Shown: positions 39,108-49,623 of the stretch, one piece after another | Layout: the number at the start of each line of letters is the position of its first letter | Numbering within the stretch: position 1 is the first letter of the stretch | Program-made: the position numbers and the translations under genes | Notes under the pieces: generated by a model | Database searches by the model: none | What the model was told of the DNA's origin: nothing | Seen by the model: the letters and a program-made list of their open reading frames with translations, nothing else | IMG/VR virus record: IMGVR_UViG_3300030117_006323 | Location: 27,171 to 91,170 of that record | Source: a virus | Strand: one strand, 5' to 3' | Length of the DNA stretch: 64,000 nucleotides

Positions 39108-40892
39108 TTATCGACCACGCGGTCTCCTTGCGTTCATTAACGCATTAGAGGCTTGCCCGGCAGGCCCGGGTTGAGGTCCTCTTTGTTGCATAGTCTGGAC
39201 GGGTGCTCCTGATGTCATGGTGCCTCGCGGTGGAGCGGCTGGACCACGCGGTGTGCGCATGCCGACACCTTCACCGCCGGGTTGCGAAGGAGGCATAGCA
39301 CCGGGCATCATACCGGGCATAGCACCTCTACCGGGCGGGGCACCTCTGACAGGCATTCCACCAGCAGGTCCCATTGGAGGCATTCCTCCTGCCATTGGCA
39401 TACCGGGCATCATACCGGGCATCATACCGGGCATCATACCGGGCATCATACCGGGCATCATACCCGGTTGAGCGGGTGGAGGTTGTTTGTACGTGAAGCG
39501 AATGTCTTTCTCATTCTCATCAATCAATTGTGGTTGGAAGCCAAGCATCAACATACGTTGTGCAATATTGACTTCCATCTCATCGCGTCGGAGGCGAGTA
39601 ACTTCATCCTCTTCCTCAGATGGACGCAAAGTGAGTTTCCAATCTGTAACATCCATGGAGGCTAGCAGTTTGGGGAACAAAAGGTCAGAGTAAATTTTTT
39701 GACCAAATTCAACAGCACGATTGGTAACAACCATTTGCATACCTTCGTTGTTGAGACCTCCTGATTTTCCTGTATCCATCATGAATACATTGGACACACC
39801 ATAGAAAGAAGCGATACGCATACGGATTTCATCGCGAACTGCAATGTATTGCATCTCTTCTAGAGTATCCATGAATTTGACCCAATTCACACCGCCTCGA
39901 CCTGTAGAAGATTCGATGCCAACTCTTGGAACGTAGTGCGGGTCTCTTTCCATTTTTTCATCGACAGACTTCCAGAAAGACTTCATAGATTCCAGATTGT
40001 CTGTTGTCACAGAGATGATACCTTTGGGTGTCCTTCGTTTCTGATATGCTGTGTAGATATAATTGTCCATAGCCGTGAGTGTCATGGCTTGTCTCCACAA
40101 TGTATTCACAGGTGGGCGACCATACAGTTTGGACGGGTGGTATTTTGATACGTGCATGACTTCGCCTTCGATGTAATATTGCGTTTTACCAGAACCTGCT
40201 GTATTGATATGATGTACATCATGCATTTCATTACCGCATACACTACACTTGTCATCTTGACCCGGATAAGCGACTTGGTCTCTATGCAACAAACAAACTT
40301 TGTAACGACCGCCACGTACACCACGCTTATCGGCGACAATACGCATGAATACAGGGTCTCCACGAATAATTTCTTTGATACGGTAAAAAGCAGGCTCGCT
40401 TGTTTCAGGGTCTACGAAGTATTCTTTGACAAGAATCAAGAATGCATCATCGACAATATTGAGGTCTGTTTCAATTTCACCAAGAATCTGCAAAAAATTC
40501 TGTTCCATTGAGTTGTCTTGGTTGAACAACCATTTGGGGTAAAGCAGTTGTTCTGTATCTGGGGTTCGCATGTTGGAACTCTGACAATCAGGGCATACCT
40601 CAACTTCGTGTTGAAATTCAGTACCACAATCGACGCATTTGTGATGGAACTTCTTTTCCCAAAACCAACCTCGACGGAACATTTCTTGCCGAATAGTATT
40701 CAACACTGTCCGCAAAATCAAATTTTCATTGCTTACAGCGTAAAGAGCAGGAATGGTAATACCTTGTGATAGAACAGGCTCTTGAATACCACTTGTCCAA
40801 AGTGGCATTTGTGGCGCAGGTGTCTCTCTACGTTTGAATGGCTTCGCCAATGTCGATAAAAATCGACTAATCCGACTTTCTCCTTCAGCCAT
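39108..40892 (-). CDS. Portal protein with Zn-finger insertions and a Pro/Gly/Met-rich tail
   Basis: DLNIVDDAFLILVK, EVMHVSKYHPSKLYGRPPV, IASFYGVSNVFM portal-like motifs; start MAEGE at 40892 (TAATG overlap, GGAGG RBS). Confidence 0.85.
   Translation of the reverse strand: MAEGESRISRFLSTLAKPFKRRETPAPQMPLWTSGIQEPVLSQGITIPALYAVSNENLILRTVLNTIRQEMFRRGWFWEKKFHHKCVDCGTEFQHEVEVCPDCQSSNMRTPDTEQLLYPKWLFNQDNSMEQNFLQILGEIETDLNIVDDAFLILVKEYFVDPETSEPAFYRIKEIIRGDPVFMRIVADKRGVRGGRYKVCLLHRDQVAYPGQDDKCSVCGNEMHDVHHINTAGSGKTQYYIEGEVMHVSKYHPSKLYGRPPVNTLWRQAMTLTAMDNYIYTAYQKRRTPKGIISVTTDNLESMKSFWKSVDEKMERDPHYVPRVGIESSTGRGGVNWVKFMDTLEEMQYIAVRDEIRMRIASFYGVSNVFMMDTGKSGGLNNEGMQMVVTNRAVEFGQKIYSDLLFPKLLASMDVTDWKLTLRPSEEEDEVTRLRRDEMEVNIAQRMLMLGFQPQLIDENEKDIRFTYKQPPPAQPGMMPGMMPGMMPGMMPGMMPGMPMAGGMPPMGPAGGMPVRGAPPGRGAMPGMMPGAMPPSQPGGEGVGMRTPRGPAAPPRGTMTSGAPVQTMQQRGPQPGPAGQASNALMNARRPRGR
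39399..39467. repeat. 12-bp tandem repeat (CATACCGGGCAT) x5 plus a partial copy, encoding (PGMM)n in the portal tail
   Basis: Five exact copies at 39399-39458 read directly from the sequence. Confidence 0.95.
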
Positions 40893-42250
40893 TAACAAAT
40901 CGCCTCCGACCACTTGTTGATTGACTCTTGGTCAACCCCCCACTCTTGCAGTAGTTCTTGACCTTTTGCAGTATCACGCCAATTTTCGTATTGGACTACG
41001 CGCCTTAATTGGGATTTGCGCTCTATATCAGCATCTAAAAATTCTAGTACGGCTTTCGCCTGTAGATTTTTCATCTGCAAATGTGGTGTGATACCAGTAA
41101 GGAGTTTTCTCATATCATCCTTAGAATAAAATTGTAGGCGATGTTGGCTTCTTTGGCCGTCTTTGTACACTTTTTGGTCTAATTGCAGTACACCACAGCC
41201 CAATGTTTTGTGGAGTTGCTCACAGTGAATCCGCCCGCGTTCTCCTGTTGCGATAAATCCGGCTCTTGGTTCACCACGTTTTGTAATCGTAATGTAACCA
41301 TCAGCATCAAGGAATCCAGCAGCATAAGGCCAAACCTGTGATTCTTTGAGGACAAGAGCATCTTGTTTCAAAAGAATGTATTCTCCTCTTCGACCACCTT
41401 TCATGATGTCAACTTCTTCTCCATAAGTATTGAGAACGCTAGCAAGGCGTCGAGAACTTAGACTCTTTAGGTGATTTTCATGCATTCCTTTCTCAAGCAT
41501 ATTATGTAGAATGTCACTTGCAGTCATAGGGCCTTTTTCACCCAATTCATCAACACTGCATTGTAACCATTCTTTTTCAATTTGGGACAAAGCGTCAGTT
41601 TGGTGTAATGTATTCCTCCACATTTTTTTGGCTTCTTTACGCATTTCCATAGCAGTTAGCCACTCTTCTTTTTGCCCAGAGTCCCATGCATCTTCTACAC
41701 TCTCCAATGTTTTGATGACGCCTGTTGCGTTTTCCCATTGCTCACATGCGCGTAATAGAGAAGAAGAACGCACTTCTCCAAAACGCCGGAAGGCCTTGAG
41801 GTTCCTATCTGACAAACCTAGATTACGCAGAGTTTCAGAGCGGTCGTGTGCCCAACCGTGCATTTTGAGAGTCTCTTCGACTTCTAACGCTTTCAACATC
41901 TGGATATTCCCAATAATTTCATCAATGTCAGTTTTCAATCCTTTGTGGTGACGCCGTGCCTTTCGTAAATCTTTGACAATATCAGCGGCACTTTTGCCTA
42001 ATTTGTGTTCAAACCACCCATCACCATTAGATGGAAAACCATGTCCCTTCTTTTTCATGGGGGCTTCTTCCTTCTTTTTTGGTTTTGAAGATTCAATTTG
42101 AATCACGATACTCATCAATCCTTTCGGCTTATCCTTGAATTTTGGGTGCTCGGCCAAGGCTTTAGTGATTGCCCTCACCATAGGGCTTTCGATGTTTTCA
42201 ATTTCTTCTGGGATGTCGTAATCATCTCCAATTAAACCCGAGCCCCACAT
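40892..42250 (-). CDS. Protein with a C-terminal single-motif LAGLIDADG homing-endonuclease domain
   Basis: YAAGFLDADGYITI..LGCG..HRLQF..ITPHLQMKNLQA; about 300-aa helical N-terminal region. Confidence 0.8.
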   Translation of the reverse strand: MWGSGLIGDDYDIPEEIENIESPMVRAITKALAEHPKFKDKPKGLMSIVIQIESSKPKKKEEAPMKKKGHGFPSNGDGWFEHKLGKSAADIVKDLRKARRHHKGLKTDIDEIIGNIQMLKALEVEETLKMHGWAHDRSETLRNLGLSDRNLKAFRRFGEVRSSSLLRACEQWENATGVIKTLESVEDAWDSGQKEEWLTAMEMRKEAKKMWRNTLHQTDALSQIEKEWLQCSVDELGEKGPMTASDILHNMLEKGMHENHLKSLSSRRLASVLNTYGEEVDIMKGGRRGEYILLKQDALVLKESQVWPYAAGFLDADGYITITKRGEPRAGFIATGERGRIHCEQLHKTLGCGVLQLDQKVYKDGQRSQHRLQFYSKDDMRKLLTGITPHLQMKNLQAKAVLEFLDADIERKSQLRRVVQYENWRDTAKGQELLQEWGVDQESINKWSEAIC

Positions 42251-42254
42251 AATA

Positions 42255-43721
42255 TCACATCACAAACCAATCAGACTTGTTGCCTGTTAATTCACCTTGG
42301 ACCCAATCGCCAAAGCCCGGGAGGAAATCATCCAATAAAACAACACTGCCCTTGAATTCTTTCGTTCCCCAATTTGCCAGAGCCAGTCCCATAGCCAAGT
42401 CATCGTGAACACCTACACTTTCAAGACGGCCTTGTTTGGTCATCCCAAATCGGTTCAACTCAGTCTCTAATTTATGAGTGAACTCTTTGCTCTTTTCATC
42501 ACCGTAAGGTGTACGAATATGACCTTGTTCAAACGCCAACAGTAAAGACATGAACAAACTTTCCTTACGCGCGCGCGTAGTCATGAATGTACGCACAGGA
42601 ATGTCCATATCGCGCAATTCAGTCTCAAACATACGCTGGAAGTTGTTACCTTCAAGTTCAATCAAATCAGGCTGAAAGCGACTATTGAGTAAGATAATGT
42701 GTCTTTTTTGTGCTTCTGAATTCAAACCTTTTTCGTGCACAGAATGAATGACTTGTTTGACGCCAGCCTCTGTGGTACGCATAATGACCATGGCTGTGTA
42801 GTCAGCGTTTTTATCGGAAGCAATCGCAGGGTCCCATCCGATGAAATGTTGCCCGAATACACCAGCACGTTCTCCTTCTTCATCGTACTCGTATTCGGCC
42901 CGTTCCAATAGCCGAAGTTCAGGGTCACGAGCGGCTTCCAGAATATCCATTGGGAACATACTCGCTACGTCATGAATCGGCTCACAGAGATATTCACGAG
43001 CGAACTGAATAGCAGGCATAGACATACGCCGTTGCATCAAAGACTCTTCATCCCAACGACCGGGCCATAAAGCGACACCTTCAGAATCCATAGCAGGGAA
43101 AGTCTCAACAATGAAAGCATCTTTGCTTTCTAACTCAGTGTACAAGTCATTGTAACTGAAAGGTGTTCCGACCATCATCAAACGACCTGTGTGGTGCAGA
43201 ACTGGGAGAAGAACTGAATAAAACCAATCAGCAGTACGTGCCAACTCTGTCGCTGTTGACCCCCATAGAATGTCATCACAGACTACAACATCAGGGTGGA
43301 AACCACGAGTTGCACCACCAACCGACTTTGCCATCAAACGACTGCCGTTGGTGAATTCAAAATACGATTTAGCCCAAGGCATACCTGTAGGCTTGAGATG
43401 ATTCAAGACTGGGTTTGTATCTACGTGACTTCGTATCATACGCATGTGTTCCAAAGTCTGTTCTAGAGAGTGTGAGAAAATCATGATGTGCGTGTTAGGA
43501 GTAAATGCGGCTAGCCACAAAGCATAGGACATAAACAAAGTTGACTTGCCGTGGTCACGAGCCGCTTTTACAACGTAGTATCGGTGATTGGTTAGGCGGT
43601 CAGTCCACTGTTCGTGGTGATGGTTGAAATCATATCCTAGAATATCTGTGAAAAAAAACTCAAATGACTTTGCCGCCATTTCGCGGTCCATCTCAATAAT
43701 GAGTTCATTGACATCGCTCAT
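42255..43721 (-). CDS. terL: Terminase large subunit
   Basis: Walker A ARDHGKST, Walker B VVVCDD, coupling motif GTP, nuclease motifs IGWDPA and HDDLAMGL. Confidence 0.95.
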   Translation of the reverse strand: MSDVNELIIEMDREMAAKSFEFFFTDILGYDFNHHHEQWTDRLTNHRYYVVKAARDHGKSTLFMSYALWLAAFTPNTHIMIFSHSLEQTLEHMRMIRSHVDTNPVLNHLKPTGMPWAKSYFEFTNGSRLMAKSVGGATRGFHPDVVVCDDILWGSTATELARTADWFYSVLLPVLHHTGRLMMVGTPFSYNDLYTELESKDAFIVETFPAMDSEGVALWPGRWDEESLMQRRMSMPAIQFAREYLCEPIHDVASMFPMDILEAARDPELRLLERAEYEYDEEGERAGVFGQHFIGWDPAIASDKNADYTAMVIMRTTEAGVKQVIHSVHEKGLNSEAQKRHIILLNSRFQPDLIELEGNNFQRMFETELRDMDIPVRTFMTTRARKESLFMSLLLAFEQGHIRTPYGDEKSKEFTHKLETELNRFGMTKQGRLESVGVHDDLAMGLALANWGTKEFKGSVVLLDDFLPGFGDWVQGELTGNKSDWFVM

Positions 43722-43725
43722 GTCA

Positions 43726-44799
43726 TCAAACCCCTTGCAGCATGCGCCATGCGAGGTCCATCGGTTCTGCTTTTATGTCGTACTCCTCGACCATGTTACC
43801 AAATCCTGCTGGCGTGAGTGGGCCTTGGTCACCACCTAACGTGCTGCCGGATGCAATACCTCCTGATTGTGGGTCTAAGGTATTCATGGGGTGTTCCACC
43901 TCGTCTGGTAAAGAATTTAGTTTTTGTTCATTTTGTGCCGCATCTGTGACAGCAGTAGCCGTTGGGTCTGTTCCGTGGCTAGCATCCACATTTGTTGGTG
44001 GATTTATCATTTGCTGATTCATCAACAGTTGCTGTACAATTGCCGCCTGCATGTCGCGATTTTGCGCTAGATGAGAGTCGTACCCACTGGCAGTCAACAT
44101 ATCTCCTATCTGTGATGTGTTTTGCTCTGCTTCTGGTGGTGCTGCTGCTGCCTCTTGTTGTGCTTTTTCATGCTCGGCCATTGATTGGTCATAACCACGC
44201 TGTGCATCTTGGATTCTATCAGCATAACCATGCGCAACTCTTGAGCCTAAATTAGTCAAGGCTCTACCTTTCCCATAACCTGCCAAAGTGGCATCCATGG
44301 CACCACCGAAAGACCCACTTTGCTGTCCTTCATTAAATCCTAAAGCGGCCAATGGCAGAGATGCTACCATGCTACCTACATTGGCTGCGTGCCCAACTCC
44401 TCTAGCGGCCAATCCAGCCAAAGAAGCAGGAGTAGCGTCTACTTTACTTTGCAAACCCTGAATGGCATGATTCCAGCCTCTACCTAATGTTCCTTTTGGA
44501 TTCCGAATATGAAGACTTTGGGGTTGAAACATAGCACCCATGCCTCGTGACCATGTGGAATCACCACCTTGTTGTACTTGGTTAGCAGCAAAGCGCCCAA
44601 GTTTAGAACCAAAAGAATCCGTGCGATTTTGTGGTTTTTGCCGATTTCCTCCCATAGCCACTTGATATTGGTCTCCAAAAAATATCTGACCACCGGGACC
44701 AACTACAGCGCCACTGCCGGGTGTTAAAGAAGATTGGTGTTCAGACCCAACAACTGGCTCTTTCAAAATGCGCCAAGCAGTATCTAATGGGTCACTCAT
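43726..44799 (-). CDS. Tagged protein with a Gly/Ala-rich hydrophobic centre, possible ejection/membrane protein
   Basis: N-terminal DPLDTAWRILK and C-terminal EPMDLAWRMLQ tag copies. Confidence 0.6.
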   Translation of the reverse strand: MSDPLDTAWRILKEPVVGSEHQSSLTPGSGAVVGPGGQIFFGDQYQVAMGGNRQKPQNRTDSFGSKLGRFAANQVQQGGDSTWSRGMGAMFQPQSLHIRNPKGTLGRGWNHAIQGLQSKVDATPASLAGLAARGVGHAANVGSMVASLPLAALGFNEGQQSGSFGGAMDATLAGYGKGRALTNLGSRVAHGYADRIQDAQRGYDQSMAEHEKAQQEAAAAPPEAEQNTSQIGDMLTASGYDSHLAQNRDMQAAIVQQLLMNQQMINPPTNVDASHGTDPTATAVTDAAQNEQKLNSLPDEVEHPMNTLDPQSGGIASGSTLGGDQGPLTPAGFGNMVEEYDIKAEPMDLAWRMLQGV

Positions 44800-46961
44800 G
44801 AAAACACCACCTTTACTGCGCCGACAACTGGCGGAGGCACATTAAATACTTCAGCCACACGGTGCCAATCACCTTTCGATACTGCTAAACTACGGATGTC
44901 ATGTTTGGTCAAACCAGTTTTACTCGCCATCAAGGCTACATCTGATTCAACATTTAGATTCAAGTTGGTTTTTCTTGGGACATACTTGAGCACATTGACA
45001 TCTGTTTTTGCATCTTGCAACTGCATTTCTTCCATCGCTTTTTCAATACGGTCAAGCATGTCATGTTGGTCTAAAGAAGTACGAACCCATTGGTCTAAAC
45101 GTGTTTGGGCAGGGTCAGTGAAAAGGCCCATCGCTCTTGGGTCTTGTCGAATTTGCTGCGGAACTCGTAATTCTTCTGCCATTTGTGTTTGTTCACGACC
45201 GGGAGGCAGAGCGCTAAGTTGTTCACGGGCTTCTTGAATAACAGGGTGTAAAGGGCGAGGAGTTGTTATAGGGCGCTCAACAGCAAGACGACTTGCAGCG
45301 GGAGCGGCTCGTGCAGCAGGTTGTTGAATAGGTGCAGGAGGAGGGGCGGGCGCAGGAGGAGGAAGAGGTTCTGGGTCACGTATAGCAGGACCGGGACCGC
45401 CGGGTGGAGTAGGCATTTCTTCTGTAGTCATTGGGGCCATAGTCAATTCTGTGTGGAACCTGTTTTTCCAGTGAGGAGTAACTTCAGTGTTTATGATTTG
45501 GTCCACAAGTTGTGAGCCAACATGGGCTGAAGTTGGTAGATTATCCCAATCAGGCACCCAATCTGGATTATGACCATATCCTACTGCCATCATACTTGCA
45601 ATAGATTCAAACACCGTTCTGTTGTTGGCAATTTTCATCCGGTCCTCGTCAGAAAGATTTGCGACAAAATCTGATTCAACATCGGCCATAGCAGACCGCG
45701 TTGGGTCTTTTTCAGAAGGACCATAGGCCCCTGCGGCTTCAGCGACTTTAGCCGCAAAAGAATGAGGACTTCTTCCTTTTTTTCTTGTTCCTGTGCGCGC
45801 ATGTCCTGCGTGTAAGTCAATACCTTCAACATCCATAATTGGATGCATAATTTTTCGTGTTTTTGTTGCGGTCGCAGGACTACCTGCTCCTGCAAACATA
45901 TACTGCATAACTGGTGCTTTGGCTAATTCATGGATAACAGCCGCCCGCAATTCAGGATTAGGCATTGCTTGTCTCAATGAGATTTGTCTGCCATCAGCAA
46001 GGGAAATAGGTGTGTCAGGAATTTGGTCAAGCATTCCTGCTTGTTCCATTTGCATCATGACTTGATTGATTTCAGCCTCTGCGGCTTCTTTGTTTTTTCT
46101 AGCAGAATACTGTGTCGCAGGGATATGGAACATATCATCAGGTAAATGTTTCACAGTTTCCCAAGTATGTATGTTGCCGTATGCTTGGTCAGCCATAAGA
46201 CCTTTAGGACCATGTCTTTCAAGCACATGACTCGGGACAATCCCATGGGCTTGTAATTCTCCGGCTTTTGTCCGGTAAGTGTGCGGTGAAAGAAGTTCAG
46301 GGCTAATATTTGGGTATTTGACAAACTCTAACTCACCCGCAGCCATGTCTCCTAATCCGGGTGCGATTGCATTCAATTCAGATTGAATTTGTTTATTCAT
46401 TGGTATTGCACCAGATTCAGGGAATAAACCTGCTTCGTGTCCGGGCTTGCTGGAATAATACGTAAATTTCAATCCATCGTTACCTCTAGTACCAATTGCG
46501 TTTTGGCTCCCTTGGTTAATTGGATGAGGGCCTACTACGGCTTTGCGCCATTCTGGAGAATCAAAATCAGCCAAACCATGATTTTTAGTGTGAACGTGGT
46601 CTAAATTAAATCTGTCAATTGCTCTCTGCAATATTTCTGACGCATCCATCGGTTCACCATTTTCGTTTTTGATATTGTTTTTATCCAAAAACGCTTGAAG
46701 ATGCGTAGCCGCACCATCAATAGGATGCATACCACCGTCTAGCAAAGCACCTGTATGTGGGTCCCAAGAGAACAAAGGATGGTCGGGCTTATCGGGATGA
46801 GGATTCAAAGCGTGTTCAGGAGGCCAATACATCTTTTTGTGGCCCTGCGGGCTCATGAAAATAACACCGTCACCTTTTCGCAGTAAAATAGGTTCCACAA
46901 TATTTTCAGTGAAAGATTTCATAATCCGGTCTTGCGGACTAAGAACTCGGATTTGTACCAT
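44796..46961 (-). CDS. Hypothetical 721-aa protein with a Pro-rich linker
   Basis: Long coupled ORF; IMKS, LRKG and IEKA sites; possible C-terminal HTH. Confidence 0.6.
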   Translation of the reverse strand: MVQIRVLSPQDRIMKSFTENIVEPILLRKGDGVIFMSPQGHKKMYWPPEHALNPHPDKPDHPLFSWDPHTGALLDGGMHPIDGAATHLQAFLDKNNIKNENGEPMDASEILQRAIDRFNLDHVHTKNHGLADFDSPEWRKAVVGPHPINQGSQNAIGTRGNDGLKFTYYSSKPGHEAGLFPESGAIPMNKQIQSELNAIAPGLGDMAAGELEFVKYPNISPELLSPHTYRTKAGELQAHGIVPSHVLERHGPKGLMADQAYGNIHTWETVKHLPDDMFHIPATQYSARKNKEAAEAEINQVMMQMEQAGMLDQIPDTPISLADGRQISLRQAMPNPELRAAVIHELAKAPVMQYMFAGAGSPATATKTRKIMHPIMDVEGIDLHAGHARTGTRKKGRSPHSFAAKVAEAAGAYGPSEKDPTRSAMADVESDFVANLSDEDRMKIANNRTVFESIASMMAVGYGHNPDWVPDWDNLPTSAHVGSQLVDQIINTEVTPHWKNRFHTELTMAPMTTEEMPTPPGGPGPAIRDPEPLPPPAPAPPPAPIQQPAARAAPAASRLAVERPITTPRPLHPVIQEAREQLSALPPGREQTQMAEELRVPQQIRQDPRAMGLFTDPAQTRLDQWVRTSLDQHDMLDRIEKAMEEMQLQDAKTDVNVLKYVPRKTNLNLNVESDVALMASKTGLTKHDIRSLAVSKGDWHRVAEVFNVPPPVVGAVKVVFS

Positions 46962-46962
46962 T

Positions 46963-49206
46963 TCAATGCGCTCCTACATGAGCAGAAGGCTCCATACCCC
47001 ATGTTCTAGCGTCATCATGGGGCGGTGTTTCAGTACCTCCTTCATTTTTTGTCGTTTTCCTCGGGCTGTTGGCTGGATAATCTGGCTTATCTTCTCCTGC
47101 CCCAGCCGTGTCTTTGGCCTTTTTCATTCGACCACGCTTGTCTAAAGCCTCTCGGAGTTCTCGTAGCAAGCGTTTGATGTCTTGAGCATGGGCAAAACCA
47201 TACGAGCCGGGGCCCATGATATTCTTCTGAATATCACTTCCTTCAGAAGAATCCTCTGACATCTGAATTGAAGAAGAGGGGAGCCCCACCTGCGCAGGCT
47301 GGGGGAGAGGCGGCGCAGATGGGACTGTTGGGGGTGTCATAGGACTGAAGCCTGTGGGTGGTTTCAGTCTTGGCATTCTAGGTCTAGCCAGTCGGCGTAG
47401 AGATGGAATATTTGCAGCAGCGGCTTGTCCGGGTAATGTTCCACCAAGACGCCCGCCACCAGTAGGACCGGGGTATTGAGTGCGTTCACCAAACAAAGCG
47501 TGAGGCGAATAAGGTAAAGGCACGTTACCCTGAAGTCGTCGTCGCAATTGTTGACCGTAGTATTGTCTGTATGATGCAGGGAATTGTCTCATTGGTTGCT
47601 TAGTTTGCACACCAAGGTGAGACATGTGCACTGCCAGAGGCGCACCCATCAGACCACCTTTGATACTGTGGACTCGATGACGAGGTGACAAAGTCCGGCT
47701 ACGAGCCTTGGCTCTTCGGGATGTACCAGTCCATGGACGGCGTCCACCGGGTGGCCCATGGAACTTTGGTTGGGCCCACTTTTTTGCGTGTTCTTTTCGG
47801 CGTTGAGTAGTTGTTCCGGCTGAACCAATTTCACCAGCGGCCATTGCTCCTTCGCCTTTATCCTTTTTCTTAGACTTCAACAATGACCAAGCAAGGTCCA
47901 TTGGTTCACTTAATTTCAAATTCCCTTCTTCGTCAAACATCTCTTCTTGGAATGCTTGCTGTTCATGGAGATTCGCATCAATAGGTGGCATCTCATATTC
48001 GCCTTTTGGATTCTTTAATCCGTGCTGTGTGTAGTAAGTATCAGAAATTTCTTCTACTCGGTTATCCCAAGTCCCTTGTTCTTTTAGTGCTGCATAAATA
48101 GATTCGCTGGTATAAGGACCATGACCATTAACCCACGCCATTGATTTATCAGGCGTGAGCCAAGTGATGATTGGTTGTTCTGGATTATCATATTTTAACA
48201 ATTCAGACCAAGCGTAATCCATTGGCTCGCCTGTCTGAATATTGTCATCACCAGCATTATCCCATTCGTGAACAGGGACACCTTGTTGCCACAGGTCGTA
48301 ATGTTTTCTGTATGATGGCGGTGCCCACATACCGTCTTGGTGGTATGTATGAATACCTTGTTCTTCAAGTAAGTCTTCATATTTATCTCGTTGTTCATCG
48401 GTTATGTAATTCCAAAAATCAGGGTTATCCCAATCAGTAATTGCCATAGTATCCTCATACCAATGATTATGCAACATTTCAGGTGACATTTCATTCATTA
48501 TGGAAGCATAGTATTCATCATTCTTTTCATTTGCATATTGGATTTGTTCTACTGCTTGTTCCAGCGTTGGGTTGAATAATTCAGGGTGAGATTCCGGTGT
48601 TATTGGTACGAAATCATCATCTTCTTCATCATCCCAATATGGTGATTCACCCGGCCCACCGGGTTGATACATGAACCAATCAGAACTTCCCGGCGTCACA
48701 TCGGCAGGTGCTTTCAGTAATTCCGACCAAGCCTCTTCTAAGAATTGAGAACGATACACACCCTGCGGTCCAAGTAGAGGGGGAATACCACCCATTGCAG
48801 AACCAGTTCCAGTCTTAGCGCCAACCGCTTGGTCAAGTTCAGCACCACGAGAACCACTTGCTCCTGTCAATTGTGACAGTTCTGCCTGCATTTCATCTTT
48901 AGGAGGAGCCTCGCCATCTCCTTCTTGCGTTACTTCTTGACCGGGGGCTAATTCTTCGCCGGGTAAAACAGATTGCATGACATCCTTGTTCTTAATTTTG
49001 ATATGATGGAGGCGTTGGCGATTTTTTGTTTCCTCTTTCTCGCGCTTATCTTTTTCATTCTTAGCAGCGGCAATTTCGGGGTCACCGTAGCCATGAGCAT
49101 AACCAGTCTCATCATCCTCATAACCGAACAGGCGTGTGGATTCTGAACGAGGGTTGTACATACGGGTATCAGACCCGCGACCCATACCACCTGTCCCGCT
49201 AGGCAT
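46963..49206 (-). CDS. Tagged modular polyprotein-like protein (3 tags)
   Basis: EEAWSELLK, GEPMDYAWSELLK and SEPMDLAWSLLK separate acidic modules and a basic R/P-rich module. Confidence 0.65.
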   Translation of the reverse strand: MPSGTGGMGRGSDTRMYNPRSESTRLFGYEDDETGYAHGYGDPEIAAAKNEKDKREKEETKNRQRLHHIKIKNKDVMQSVLPGEELAPGQEVTQEGDGEAPPKDEMQAELSQLTGASGSRGAELDQAVGAKTGTGSAMGGIPPLLGPQGVYRSQFLEEAWSELLKAPADVTPGSSDWFMYQPGGPGESPYWDDEEDDDFVPITPESHPELFNPTLEQAVEQIQYANEKNDEYYASIMNEMSPEMLHNHWYEDTMAITDWDNPDFWNYITDEQRDKYEDLLEEQGIHTYHQDGMWAPPSYRKHYDLWQQGVPVHEWDNAGDDNIQTGEPMDYAWSELLKYDNPEQPIITWLTPDKSMAWVNGHGPYTSESIYAALKEQGTWDNRVEEISDTYYTQHGLKNPKGEYEMPPIDANLHEQQAFQEEMFDEEGNLKLSEPMDLAWSLLKSKKKDKGEGAMAAGEIGSAGTTTQRRKEHAKKWAQPKFHGPPGGRRPWTGTSRRAKARSRTLSPRHRVHSIKGGLMGAPLAVHMSHLGVQTKQPMRQFPASYRQYYGQQLRRRLQGNVPLPYSPHALFGERTQYPGPTGGGRLGGTLPGQAAAANIPSLRRLARPRMPRLKPPTGFSPMTPPTVPSAPPLPQPAQVGLPSSSIQMSEDSSEGSDIQKNIMGPGSYGFAHAQDIKRLLRELREALDKRGRMKKAKDTAGAGEDKPDYPANSPRKTTKNEGGTETPPHDDARTWGMEPSAHVGAH

Positions 49207-49623
49207 TTACTCCTCTCCTGTCAAATACTCAAAAGTCGCCCGAGCACGGCTAGCCAAGTTATGGTAAAAATTCTTGATACGAGGGGGATGCGAAAAACAA
49301 CGAGCCATATCTGAGCATAGATGCTCAAAATCAATCAAGGCGTGATACGTTACATTCCTCAATGCAAAAACATCAGGGCCATCTTCTTCCAACAACTCTA
49401 CAAAGCAGTCATACAAATTTTCGACTGACATGCTGTAACTTTCAATTTCTGGATTTCTGATTTGTTGCTGCAAATAATGTATCCAACGAGATACACATTC
49501 GTGCACGCCATCAAAAAAAGGCTCAATTTCATCATCTTCTAATGGGCCTTCTCCGTGCAAAAGATGCGTGTAAGGAGTACCGTAAGCAAGCAAAATATTC
49601 ATGGGGATGCGTAAACCTCTCAA
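49207..49623 (-). CDS. Hypothetical helical protein
   Basis: ORF coupled to neighbours. Confidence 0.5.
   Translation of the reverse strand: MRGLRIPMNILLAYGTPYTHLLHGEGPLEDDEIEPFFDGVHECVSRWIHYLQQQIRNPEIESYSMSVENLYDCFVELLEEDGPDVFALRNVTYHALIDFEHLCSDMARCFSHPPRIKNFYHNLASRARATFEYLTGEE

Noticed and set aside
40892-43721. Intein or intron splitting the terminase
   Set aside because: TerL is complete at 488 aa; the LAGLIDADG ORF is separate and shows no intein splice-junction residues
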